Shown in pieces: positions 56,501 to 64,000 of a stretch of 64,000 nucleotides of DNA. The translations under genes were made by a program, and so were the position numbers. The first letter of the stretch is position 1, and each line of letters begins with the position of its first letter. The DNA comes from a virus: IMG/VR virus record IMGVR_UViG_3300001846_000219; one strand, given 5' to 3'. The notes under the pieces are model-generated. The model was not told the DNA's origin and did not search any database. It saw only the letters and a list, made by a program, of their open reading frames with translations.

Positions 56501-57809
56501 TTCTTACTTTAATGAAGCTAAGGAAATCACGATTGCACACGCAAACCACTGTATGCACGACGTTGCAAACAATGTGAGAATTAGCGGTGTGATCTCAGAA
56601 GTTGCTTCGACTGTAATTGACTCTGCCTATCATACAAATGGTATCACTGCAACAGATGGTGTTAGTGGGACATTCTCACTTCACGTTAATGACGCTGCAG
56701 CATTCCATACCGTTATCAACGGTGCTAGTGTTTCTACCAGTAATCCTGGTTATATTATAATTCGCGATGCTGAAATTGGTCAGCGTCATTTTGAAATTAT
56801 TGAATATAGCAACATCTCTTCTGATGGTAAGATCATTACCCTTCCCTCTGGTTCCCGTGGTAAGGATGGTACTGCAGCACTTGCACATAGTTCCAATAGC
56901 ATCGTTGAGTGCTACAACCTTGATGGTATCCCACTAACAGAAATCAACCGCCTACATACCCAAGTTGGATCTCCAACATTGGATAGTTATAAGTTGGCAG
57001 TTACCTCGGTTTCCAGCAGTGGCATCACAAATGGTGGATCTAACGTGACGGCAACTCAGAACATTCAGTTTGAGCAATTCCTTCCTCAAATTCAGATGAA
57101 CCAGTTCCCAGAAACTGATGTCATTCCCAGATTGAACGTTGTTTCTGGTACTTCTATCAAGGATGGTGCAAATATTGATGATGCATCGTTCATTAACGAT
57201 GGTGTGTATCTCGATTGTATTGCAAACGAAGATAACTACCTGACATTCCCCAAACTGGTGTGTTCACAAGTTAATGAAGATGCAAAGTTGAGTGGTTCCA
57301 AATCTCTCAATATGCAACTTCTGCTGAGCACCGAAAACAGCTCACTTTCTCCTGTTATTGACACCGATCGTTGTTCACTTATCACAACATCAAACAGAAT
57401 CAATGAAGTTGCCCAAGGCAATAGTGATGCTGAGAAGAACGCTGGTGACAAGAACGATGCAGTTTACATCACTAAGGTGATCAATCTGTTAAATCCTGCA
57501 AATACTTTGAAGGTTCAGTTTGAAGCGTGGCGTCATCCTGAAACTGAAATTTATGTGATGTATCGCATTCTTCCTGTTGGTACTTCCCTCTCCTTCGATG
57601 AGATTGGATATACATATTTCAACGGGAACGGTAAAGAGAACAAAACAGTTCAAAAGACTGAATCGTATCTCCTCCGCGATCTGGAGTATACTCTAGAATC
57701 TTCTCAAGAGTTTACATCCGCACAGGTTAAGATTATTATGACATCTAAGAACCAATCATATGTTCCCAACATTAAAAACCTTCGCGTTCTTGCACTGAGT
57801 GACCTCTAA
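50598..57809 (+). CDS. Large virion structural protein (DUF4815/VrlC-like)
   Basis: MPQNTNLNISPYFDDFD...RVLFRPGYPIQARELT; FKNGFLVDNF; DPLAQSF; WTADQYEDLKF. Confidence 0.85.
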   Translation: MPQNTNLNISPYFDDFDKADNFYRVLFRPGYPIQARELTTMQSLLQNQIESFGTHMFKDGSMVIPGQVGYDLDAKAILLQESFLGADIEQYRAQLDGKIIEGLTTGVKAKVLFSIPASESDRGYITVYLKYLTSGGDDNDVATFVNNEQLICESEITYGNSLIEIGTPFAQMLPTSATAIGSTASVAAGVYFIRGYFVDVAAQTIVLDQYGNNPSYRIGLEIFESIVTPEDDPELNDNATGTSNYSAPGAHRFRIRTSLVKKVIDDDTDKNFLELLRINKSQIESFVERSAYNEMARELARRTYDESGDYTVRDFDVRIREHQNDGINNGVYLPGEVSPGGISSSESYYSIEVGPGKAYVRGYESETLTPTFVDLIKPRTTVGLQNSIIPFELGNYMLMNNVKGSPIVNGNNITANYQVVELRDVAPNNALTASGRIIGYARVAAYEYHSGTNVNSTSTVFKAYLFDIQPLTLFKMSNNVTLSQGHVIRGRTSRAKAFVEGDVAGGSLFSVYQVYGSFRAGEVIERDGVEIGTLDDLFQYEVTDAKGITGRDPDTNAIVFAGDFVLDQETVILGTNFSVPNTGSGTLTGTQSNFTLDLRPGDVLTANGSTTLQVNLIDTSGSSIANKVTSATTVTYSSGSVVADDYAFLVRRRVQVYDRETADLLIEMPKDSINNISDESAIVARSFDDITVTGANDFTISLPADEQFLAYDKDHYQLVSLAPTAGTLIDIENNITFNTTGTPRTSLTVSGLAGITSCRLIASVSKNQAEKKLKNATEMEVMKVERTANSSDNVKYGLTYGSLYGTRIEDEEISLGCTDVYRIHAVYESADDNAAVIPNLTMQDATIFQKGTIIEGQTSKAKARVVNFNPVSYVCHFVYENDSFFILGETIRGFDANNNVITGLVNDAEGSVNNGSRNITDSFFLDVNQQGHYYDISKLIRYAGSTSPLRKLMVVFNRFTHEATGDYFASQSYVGIDYKDIPTVKFNGETRNLRDVLDFRPAVTPVLSGSGTVGSPYYVNCASLDFKDRGFSSGGVANNATVIDIPKPESDFRCDYDYYVGRIDKLFLTDQQEFKVVKGIPGEKDDIPTNIDNAMLLATFYHEAYGYRPENVHIIRENNRRFTMKDIGYIERRVDNLEYYTSLSLLELETAQLSIKDSDGFDKFKNGFLVDNFTSFDSADTSQQDFACALDFGEGLLRASHYTTNVPLEFNVNASSGVTLHETGTLTLPYEETQFIVQPYASRVENVNPFNVFAYIGRLDLFPSSDDWVDSRRAPDRVVNLEGDFTATMLRLGADQNTGFAPVQWNAWRTNWTSNSSRSSSQFMRRGNWPFIRRINRTTSTSVSSQTRSGLRTRVVPRIDRQSLGDNVIERTVIPFIRSRNIAFAVQRLKPYTRFYAFIDNVDVNYYSTPKLLEVTKNPVDDVRTNDTPFVTGETVIGQQSGCRLKLVNPNEGFDDGLSPYDKSELPSSYASTTPLLNIDTKIMSETVAGDYYGNPIETEILVGQTSGARAVVKKKRLVANTNGDLSGIMWIPNPAVNTNPRFATGTRVIRLTTSATDSRIPGQVDSAASANYVASGILETKQQTILAVRNADLVRDTVTQNRIVSSSSTSTRDTGWYDPLAQSFLVESKGGAFLTGCELYFNTKDERIPVSVQVREMANGYPTTKVLAFSDVTLLPSQVNLSENGTVSTKFTFQSPIYVTENREYCLVVLSDSNEYKLWISRMGEDDVTSDRTISEQPYAGVLFKSQNASTWTADQYEDLKFILHKAEFATGTSGTAVFNNAKLALGNSGIAQLRNNPVTTLKPQVKIVLSDHAANFTIGAEITQTDTSPVPSAIVREVVQGVQGSSNAYIIVDDVNGTFREGVASGSSFIYRLVSSRSIANITLTGVTGTFTVDEAITNGSGASGIVTNWNSGTGVVTIKSVTGTFADGDPVTQEINQVTTGSGTIGSSGVALSGDDINDYPAAPISYFNEAKEITIAHANHCMHDVANNVRISGVISEVASTVIDSAYHTNGITATDGVSGTFSLHVNDAAAFHTVINGASVSTSNPGYIIIRDAEIGQRHFEIIEYSNISSDGKIITLPSGSRGKDGTAALAHSSNSIVECYNLDGIPLTEINRLHTQVGSPTLDSYKLAVTSVSSSGITNGGSNVTATQNIQFEQFLPQIQMNQFPETDVIPRLNVVSGTSIKDGANIDDASFINDGVYLDCIANEDNYLTFPKLVCSQVNEDAKLSGSKSLNMQLLLSTENSSLSPVIDTDRCSLITTSNRINEVAQGNSDAEKNAGDKNDAVYITKVINLLNPANTLKVQFEAWRHPETEIYVMYRILPVGTSLSFDEIGYTYFNGNGKENKTVQKTESYLLRDLEYTLESSQEFTSAQVKIIMTSKNQSYVPNIKNLRVLALSDL

Positions 57810-58032
57810 AAAATACATTCCAGTTGACGGACATCCCGACTTAGTTCGGGATTCCTCTTCTGGTGCCATTCTAAATACAAAAGCGACACCTCCTGGCACT
57901 GCGGCAAAAGCACGTAGAGCCAAAGATAGAAAAGTCGATGACTTGAAATCCGACGTGGATGTGCTAAAATCTGATATGTCGGAAATCAAAACCCTACTGA
58001 AAACATTATTGGAGACAAAAAATGACCGCTGA
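57799..58032 (+). CDS. Conserved cyanophage hypothetical protein with a coiled-coil C-terminus
   Basis: YIPVDGHPDLVRDSSSGAILN...LKSDMSEIKTLL. Confidence 0.75.
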   Translation: MTSKKYIPVDGHPDLVRDSSSGAILNTKATPPGTAAKARRAKDRKVDDLKSDVDVLKSDMSEIKTLLKTLLETKNDR

Positions 58033-58228
58033 TGTGACTGAAACTGTTGACCAGGAAAAACTCCTTGGTGATTTCAAAGCACGCTACCAGCAACTTCTTG
58101 AAGATAACAAGAAAATGGTAGAGCAAATCAAAGCAAACGAAAGTCAAGCACTCAAACTTCTTGGCGCAATCGAAACACTGGAATACCTTACACAAGGACC
58201 AGAAGTTGATAATGTAGACGCTGAATAA
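58022..58228 (+). CDS. Small coiled-coil protein
   Basis: 68 aa, ...ALKLLGAIETLEYL; followed by a terminator. Confidence 0.7.
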   Translation: MTADVTETVDQEKLLGDFKARYQQLLEDNKKMVEQIKANESQALKLLGAIETLEYLTQGPEVDNVDAE

Positions 58229-58234
58229 ACTCTT

Positions 58235-58256
58235 GGACCCGCAAGGGTCCTTTTTT
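58235..58256 (+). terminator. Intrinsic terminator
   Basis: GGACCC-GCAA-GGGTCC-TTTTTT. Confidence 0.9.
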
Positions 58257-58262
58257 AATGCG

Positions 58263-58270
58263 TATAAATA
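58263..58270 (+). promoter_or_regulatory. T4-type late promoter
   Basis: Perfect TATAAATA just after the terminator. Confidence 0.85.
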
Positions 58271-58319
58271 TCTGAGAGGCATATCCTGTCCGTCCACGGA
58301 TACTTCCACCTGATTTCAA

Positions 58320-61300
58320 ATGGCAAATAGAATTCAATTAAGGCGTGATGGTGCTCAGCAGTGGGCGAACATCAACCCAATCCTTGCTCAAGGCGAACTC
58401 GGAATCGAAATTGATACGTCACGTATTAAGATCGGAGATGGTGTTACGCCGTGGAACTCGCTGAAATATGAGCGACCATTAGAGACTGAATCGAACGCTG
58501 CTAATACTCTCGTTAAGCGTGACGCAGACGGTAACTTCCAAGCAGGTGCCATTACTGCTACGTTGATCGGTAATGCCTCTACCGCAACTCGTTTTGCCAA
58601 CGCACGTCAGATCCAGTTAACGGGACAGGTTACTGGTTCTGGTTCTTTTGACGGTTCTGCAAACCTGTCACTGAACACTGACCTGTCGCTGATTACGACA
58701 CTACCACATTACGATCCCAACAACCCCAACGCAGAGGCACTTTATACACGAGTTCGTGTTAACTCTCAGGGTCGTGTTGTTGGTGCTGAACTTGCATCTA
58801 CCCTTTCCGACTATGGTATTACTGATGCTCAGGGATTGGATGCTGACCTGACATCTCTTTCCGATCTGACAACTGTTGGTATTCTTGTTCGCGCCTCTCA
58901 GGGCAACATTGTTACAAGAACGCTGACAGGCGGTGGCGGTAGAATCATCTTCACCGTTCCTGACGGTACTTCTCAAAACCCATTTATCGACCTGGCAGAT
59001 ACCACGGTTGTGGTGGGTTCTTACAACGTTGAATCTCTCACATCTGTTGGAACTGGTAGTGAGACGGTTAACGCTACAAGATTTACTGTTGATAGATACG
59101 GTCGTCTTACAGCAGCACTTACTGTTCCCATTGCTACAGCGACTGAAGGTAGTAAGTATGCCGCATATGATGCAGGCACTGCATATTCCCGTTACGATAT
59201 TATTGAAGAGGGTGGAAAGGTATATCAAGCATATGTTGACATCAATGCTGGTGTAGGTTCACCTACCCATAATACTGGAGATGTAAGTGGTTGGCGTTAT
59301 CTCGCCACAGCCGCAACCGAACAGAAGGGTCTTGCTTCGTTTGCACAAGAAGACTTCGATGTTGATGCTAATGGTCACGTTAGTATTGCACTTGGGGGAA
59401 TTGATAATACTCAACTACAGGATGATCGTCTCATCTTTACCGACGGTAATACGGTTCAAGAGTTCCCCCTCGATAAAGAACTGACAACATCTAATGCTCA
59501 TACTGGATTTGATTATCTTAATTACATCCACATCAATGACACTTCTGGCAATCTCCTCTTCTCTGCCAACAATGTTGATAACACTGGTGCAGGTGGCGTC
59601 GATATTAACGTTGACACCAATATTAGTGGCGCAAATATCATTCTTGATCGCCCTGGCACTTCTCCACTTCAAACAATTGAGAGGACTGCGGGTTCTCTGA
59701 AGATCTGGCACAATGTCAATTCTGCAACTGACAGAACTCTTGACATTGTTAGCAACAATGCTGGTTCTGGTACTGCGACTCTCAATATCACCGCAGACAA
59801 TGACATCACTCTTTCTGCTACAGATGTAAGCAGCAGAGTCAACGTTGAAGACTTCCACTTCCAAGACAATGTTTTGTCCACCACCAACTCAACAATGGTG
59901 TTGGATCCGAACGATGATGACGGTGCAACTGGTCTTGTTCGTGTTCGTGGTGACCTCCAAGTTGACGGTACAACCACCACCGTAAACTCGGTGACAATGA
60001 CCGTCCAAGATCCCATCATCACTCTCGGTGGTGAAGATGTTCTTACAAGTGATGACGGTCTTGACCGTGGTGTTGAGTTTAGATATTATGATACCCAAGA
60101 AAGATTTGGTTTCTTTGGTTGGGATGAAGATTACACGAACGCTAACATTTGGTCTGGCACTGGTGGCTATCGCTTCCTCTACAACGCCACCAACACAGGC
60201 GAAGTTTTCTCTGGCACAGACGCTCCTCTCATTGCTGGTAACCTCCGACTGACAACCAACACTGGTTCTACCTCCACTACAAGTGGTACCCTTGTGGTCA
60301 CTGGTGGTGCTGGTATTTCCGAGAGACTGTATGTTGGTGGTCGTACGTTCATCAGTTCTGAGACACACGTCTATGACAACCTGTCTCTCCGTGCTGATGG
60401 TAAACAGTTCCTTGTCACCACTGCTGGCAGTCTTGTTAAGTTCAGTGTTGACAGCAGCACTGGCGACACTACCACTTGGGGTGAATTGTATGCTTGGGGT
60501 CAAACCCAGGTCGATGATAATGTCATCTTCAGACAGACATCATCTGAATCTGGTAAGACATTTGTTATTAAGAACGATACGACAGATAAGTTCACTGTTG
60601 ATTACACAACAGGTAACAGTGTTATTGCTGGCACACTGAACGTCAATAATGGAGTTGACCTTGACAGCACTCTGAATGTTGATGGTGCTACAGACCTGAA
60701 CAGCACCCTGACTGTTGATGGTGTTACTACTATCTACGACAGCACTTTGATTCAGGGTTCTGCCAAGACATTCAAAATTAACAATACTCTTGCAGTTCAA
60801 AAGTTTGCAGTTGCTTCCGATACTGGTAATACCGACATCGAAGGCACTCTGAATCTTGGTAACTACTTCCATCACGAAGATACCGACACACCCACAATTT
60901 CTACCGATGCCAACGATTACTTTATCATCTCTGGTGGCGATTATGGTGCTTTCCGTCACGATGGTGGTGGTTACATTGAGGGTGACACTCTCTTTAATAA
61001 CGACATTTATATTAACGGTGCTATCAACCAGCGAGACCAAGGTTCTGGCACAGAAACATTCAGCACACAGAACTACCTGAGAGTACGATATAAGTTCCGT
61101 ACTGGTACAACTATTGCATATACTCCCACATATGCAACTGATGGTAACTCCAACCTGAGAGTTTACGGTGGCGGTGGTATCGCTACCGACCTTCACATCG
61201 GTCGTGACCTGTTCATCGGTAAGTTGAACTCTGGCGATACGATCGACTTCCAAGTTGAAGGTTCTACAGGTAACACAGTAATCGGTCGTGTTGGTCAGGG

Positions 61301-64000
61301 TACAGCATCTGCTGGTACATTGACTGTCCACGGTGATGCAACATTTAACCGTGAAGTTGACTTCACTGGTTCACAGGTCACCGTTGGTAACGCTAACACT
61401 GATGTTCTGACTGTTAATTCCGTCTCCCAGTTCACTGATAACGTGACTGTTGATGGTGACCTGACTGTCAATACCAACGCATTGATCGAAGGTAACCTGA
61501 CTGTCAACGGTACAACCACGACAGTGAACTCCACCACAATGCAACTGGACGATCCTGTCCTAACTCTGGGTGGCGACACTGCTCCTACTCAGGCAGATGC
61601 TAAGGATCGTGGTGTTGAGTTCCGTTACTACGATGGTTCTGCAAAACTCGGTTTCTTTGGTTGGGACAATTCTGCATCTCGTTATGCCCTGTTCCACAAT
61701 GCAATCAACTCTAGCGAAGCATTCTCTGGTACAAGATCTGGTCTCGATGTTGGTTCCGTCAAGATCTTTGATACAACCAACTCGGTAACTTCCTCCACAG
61801 GTGCTCTCATCGTTGGTGGTGGTGCAGGTATTGGTATTGACCTGAACGTCGGTAGATACCTGAACGTTGGCAACACAATCTTCACTTCTGGAGATCTGGA
61901 TGTTGTTGGCGACTTTGACCTGGGTGATGATTTCAGAATCGCAACCAACAAATTTACTGTTGCTGCTGCAACTGGTAACACTGTTTCTGCTGGTACTCTG
62001 ACTGTTGCTGGTCAAACCACACTGCAGTCTGGACTGGGTGTGAGCAGCAATGCAACCATTGGCGGCACTTTAGGCGTAACTGGCGCTACAACGCTGTCCA
62101 GCACGCTTGCAGTGACCTCTGGTACAACGCTCAGCAGCACCCTCACCGTTGCTGGTGCATCCAATGTTAATAACACTCTGGGTGTCACAGGCGTAACCAC
62201 AATCACCAATGCTTCCACTGCATCTACAACGGGTCAATTCACTGGTGATGGTGCTCTGAGAGTTACTGCTGGTGGTGGTTCTGTCTTTGGTAACTGGGTT
62301 GTTGGTGGTGACCTTAAGGTCTATGGCGATGCCATCTATGATGGTGACATCAACTATGCAGGTACTCAGACTTACACTGGTAAGGCACGTTTCAACAACA
62401 CCACGGATGCAACTAGCGCAACCAGCAATAACGTTTCGTTGTTCACCGCTGGTGGTCTTGCAGTTGCTAAGAAGGCATTCATTGGTGATGACCTGAATGT
62501 TGGTGCTAGCAAGTTCACCGTTGATGGACCCACGGGTAACACTGCAATTGTTGGAACACTTGGTGTAACTGGTGGAACATCTCTGTCTACACTTACGGCT
62601 ACAGGTGTTGCCGACCTCCAATCGACGCTTACTCTTGGTGGTAACCTGACGATCAATACCAATAAGTTTGTCGTCAACTCTGCAACAGGCAGTACCGATA
62701 TTGCTGGTACTCTGGATGTTGTTGGTGCTACCAACCTCACATCTCTTGACACTTCTGGTGCTGTTGACTTCAATGGTGCCAACTACATTAAGATTACGAA
62801 TTCTGGCGCATACTTCCAGAACAGTGGTCTGTCTCGTTTTGTAAATACCAACGATTCCACTGGATATAACAACACATCCGCTTCTGTTGCTATCTACGGT
62901 GGTTTGTCTCTTGCTAAGAGACTGAACGTTGGTGGTAATGTGATGATTGGTGGTAGTGCTGGTGTTAAGACAACCATTACTGCATCCACTGGTCACATTA
63001 CAACCGATGGCAACATCAGTGCACAGGGTAGCGGTTCTATCGGCACTACACTGAATGTTGGCGGTGTCTTAACTGCCACTGGCGGTGTGATTGGTGATGT
63101 GACTGGTACTGCGACCAATGCAGACAACATTGACATCACAAACACAAACAATAATACTACGTTCTATCCAACGTTTGCTTCCGCAAACACTGGTCACACG
63201 GGTATGTTTGTTGACTCTGCAAACCTCACATATAATCCATTCTCGAACACACTGAGTGTTACCAACTTTGTCTCCACAACAAACTTTGAAGTCCAAGGTA
63301 ACCTGACAGTTACTGGTAACGCAATCTATCAAAACTCGCAGGTTGGTGACATCAGCAACCACGATACCGATGATCTGGCAGAGGGTACCACCAATCTGTA
63401 CTTCACTGATGAGCGTGTTGATGACCGTGTTGCTGCTCTGATCTCTGGTGGTACTGGCATCAGTGCTTCCTATGATGATGCTGGCAATCTGTTGACTCTG
63501 AGTGCTGTTCCTGCAGATTTGGATACTGATGACATTGCCGAAGGTGCAACGAATCTGTACTACACAGATGCTCGTGCTGATGCCCGTATCGCTCTTGCTG
63601 CTCCAAATTATGCAACCGCTGCTCAGGGCACATTGGCAGACTCCGCCACTCAACCTGGCGATAACATTAGCACCCTAACCAACAACTTAAACTTCATTGA
63701 TGCAGCAGGTGCTCCTGTCCAGTCTGTCGCTGGCAAGACTGGCACCGTCACTCTGGTCAAGGGTGATGTTGGTCTGGGCAATGTTGACAACACTTCTGAC
63801 GCTAACAAACCCGTTAGCACCGCTCAGCAGACTGCTCTGAATCTGAAAGCAAATCTGGCATCGCCTGCTCTCACAGGTATTCCTACTGCTCCTACCGCTG
63901 CTCAGGCAACCAACACAACTCAGGTTGCTACCACAGCATTCGTCCAATCCAATCTGACAGCATCGCTCTTGCGTGCTGCTCTGGGAATTCCTGAATATGC
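58320..64000 (+). CDS. Long tail fibre protein, 3'-truncated by the window edge (at least 1893 aa; not in the track)
   Basis: MANRIQLRRDGAQQW...NPILAQGELGIEIDT..IKIGDGVTPWNSL N-terminal domain. The frame reads cleanly at spot checks near 59220, 60000, 61500, 63000 and 63960. Ends in KANLASPALTGIPTAPTA...TQVATTAFV. Confidence 0.9.
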   Translation, partial: MANRIQLRRDGAQQWANINPILAQGELGIEIDTSRIKIGDGVTPWNSLKYERPLETESNAANTLVKRDADGNFQAGAITATLIGNASTATRFANARQIQLTGQVTGSGSFDGSANLSLNTDLSLITTLPHYDPNNPNAEALYTRVRVNSQGRVVGAELASTLSDYGITDAQGLDADLTSLSDLTTVGILVRASQGNIVTRTLTGGGGRIIFTVPDGTSQNPFIDLADTTVVVGSYNVESLTSVGTGSETVNATRFTVDRYGRLTAALTVPIATATEGSKYAAYDAGTAYSRYDIIEEGGKVYQAYVDINAGVGSPTHNTGDVSGWRYLATAATEQKGLASFAQEDFDVDANGHVSIALGGIDNTQLQDDRLIFTDGNTVQEFPLDKELTTSNAHTGFDYLNYIHINDTSGNLLFSANNVDNTGAGGVDINVDTNISGANIILDRPGTSPLQTIERTAGSLKIWHNVNSATDRTLDIVSNNAGSGTATLNITADNDITLSATDVSSRVNVEDFHFQDNVLSTTNSTMVLDPNDDDGATGLVRVRGDLQVDGTTTTVNSVTMTVQDPIITLGGEDVLTSDDGLDRGVEFRYYDTQERFGFFGWDEDYTNANIWSGTGGYRFLYNATNTGEVFSGTDAPLIAGNLRLTTNTGSTSTTSGTLVVTGGAGISERLYVGGRTFISSETHVYDNLSLRADGKQFLVTTAGSLVKFSVDSSTGDTTTWGELYAWGQTQVDDNVIFRQTSSESGKTFVIKNDTTDKFTVDYTTGNSVIAGTLNVNNGVDLDSTLNVDGATDLNSTLTVDGVTTIYDSTLIQGSAKTFKINNTLAVQKFAVASDTGNTDIEGTLNLGNYFHHEDTDTPTISTDANDYFIISGGDYGAFRHDGGGYIEGDTLFNNDIYINGAINQRDQGSGTETFSTQNYLRVRYKFRTGTTIAYTPTYATDGNSNLRVYGGGGIATDLHIGRDLFIGKLNSGDTIDFQVEGSTGNTVIGRVGQGTASAGTLTVHGDATFNREVDFTGSQVTVGNANTDVLTVNSVSQFTDNVTVDGDLTVNTNALIEGNLTVNGTTTTVNSTTMQLDDPVLTLGGDTAPTQADAKDRGVEFRYYDGSAKLGFFGWDNSASRYALFHNAINSSEAFSGTRSGLDVGSVKIFDTTNSVTSSTGALIVGGGAGIGIDLNVGRYLNVGNTIFTSGDLDVVGDFDLGDDFRIATNKFTVAAATGNTVSAGTLTVAGQTTLQSGLGVSSNATIGGTLGVTGATTLSSTLAVTSGTTLSSTLTVAGASNVNNTLGVTGVTTITNASTASTTGQFTGDGALRVTAGGGSVFGNWVVGGDLKVYGDAIYDGDINYAGTQTYTGKARFNNTTDATSATSNNVSLFTAGGLAVAKKAFIGDDLNVGASKFTVDGPTGNTAIVGTLGVTGGTSLSTLTATGVADLQSTLTLGGNLTINTNKFVVNSATGSTDIAGTLDVVGATNLTSLDTSGAVDFNGANYIKITNSGAYFQNSGLSRFVNTNDSTGYNNTSASVAIYGGLSLAKRLNVGGNVMIGGSAGVKTTITASTGHITTDGNISAQGSGSIGTTLNVGGVLTATGGVIGDVTGTATNADNIDITNTNNNTTFYPTFASANTGHTGMFVDSANLTYNPFSNTLSVTNFVSTTNFEVQGNLTVTGNAIYQNSQVGDISNHDTDDLAEGTTNLYFTDERVDDRVAALISGGTGISASYDDAGNLLTLSAVPADLDTDDIAEGATNLYYTDARADARIALAAPNYATAAQGTLADSATQPGDNISTLTNNLNFIDAAGAPVQSVAGKTGTVTLVKGDVGLGNVDNTSDANKPVSTAQQTALNLKANLASPALTGIPTAPTAAQATNTTQVATTAFVQSNLTASLLRAALGIPEY

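Noticed and set aside
24600-64000. Many long minus-strand and off-frame ORFs (e.g. 33358..34680, 38818..40104, 40840..41958, 55023..56075, 62070..62996)
   Set aside because: They are shadows of the strongly biased codon usage of the structural genes, with no motifs, promoters or start signals.
1-64000. tRNA, rRNA, integrase, transposase, intron or intein
   Set aside because: No cloverleaf, recombinase or splicing motifs were recognised by eye; a tRNAscan/Infernal run would be needed to exclude them fully.

Overview
A 64-kb segment of a T4-like (myovirus) cyanophage genome, with all credible genes on the + strand. (1) 1-3.1 kb: a coupled run of 2OG-Fe(II) oxygenase-like genes. (2) 3.2-17.3 kb: an accessory/early region of small ORFs, an SF2 helicase, a PvuII-like endonuclease, two NUMOD4-HNH genes, an AbrB-like protein and two more 2OG oxygenases. 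It is organised by seven copies of a bipartite early-promoter element and includes a cluster of cyanobacterial-type DnaA boxes. (3) 17.5-64 kb: a late baseplate/tail module: 1142-aa virion protein, PAAR gp5.4, gp25, gp6, a 6354-aa gp7-like protein, a YHYH protein, a gp9/10-like protein, gp8, a 2403-aa DUF4815-like protein and a tail fibre that runs off the window (absent from the ORF track). Main leads: (a) six phycobiliprotein-like repeats in the gp7-like protein that keep the chromophore Cys-x-x-Asp, plus beta155-like Cys helices; (b) an early PvuII-like nuclease in a genome where I found no CATG or CCGG, GGCC only at Trp-Pro codons, and few AGCT; (c) fixed-geometry promoter cassettes abutting upstream stop codons. 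All homology calls come from motif reading and recalled sequences, and all motif counts come from a visual scan; no searches were run.
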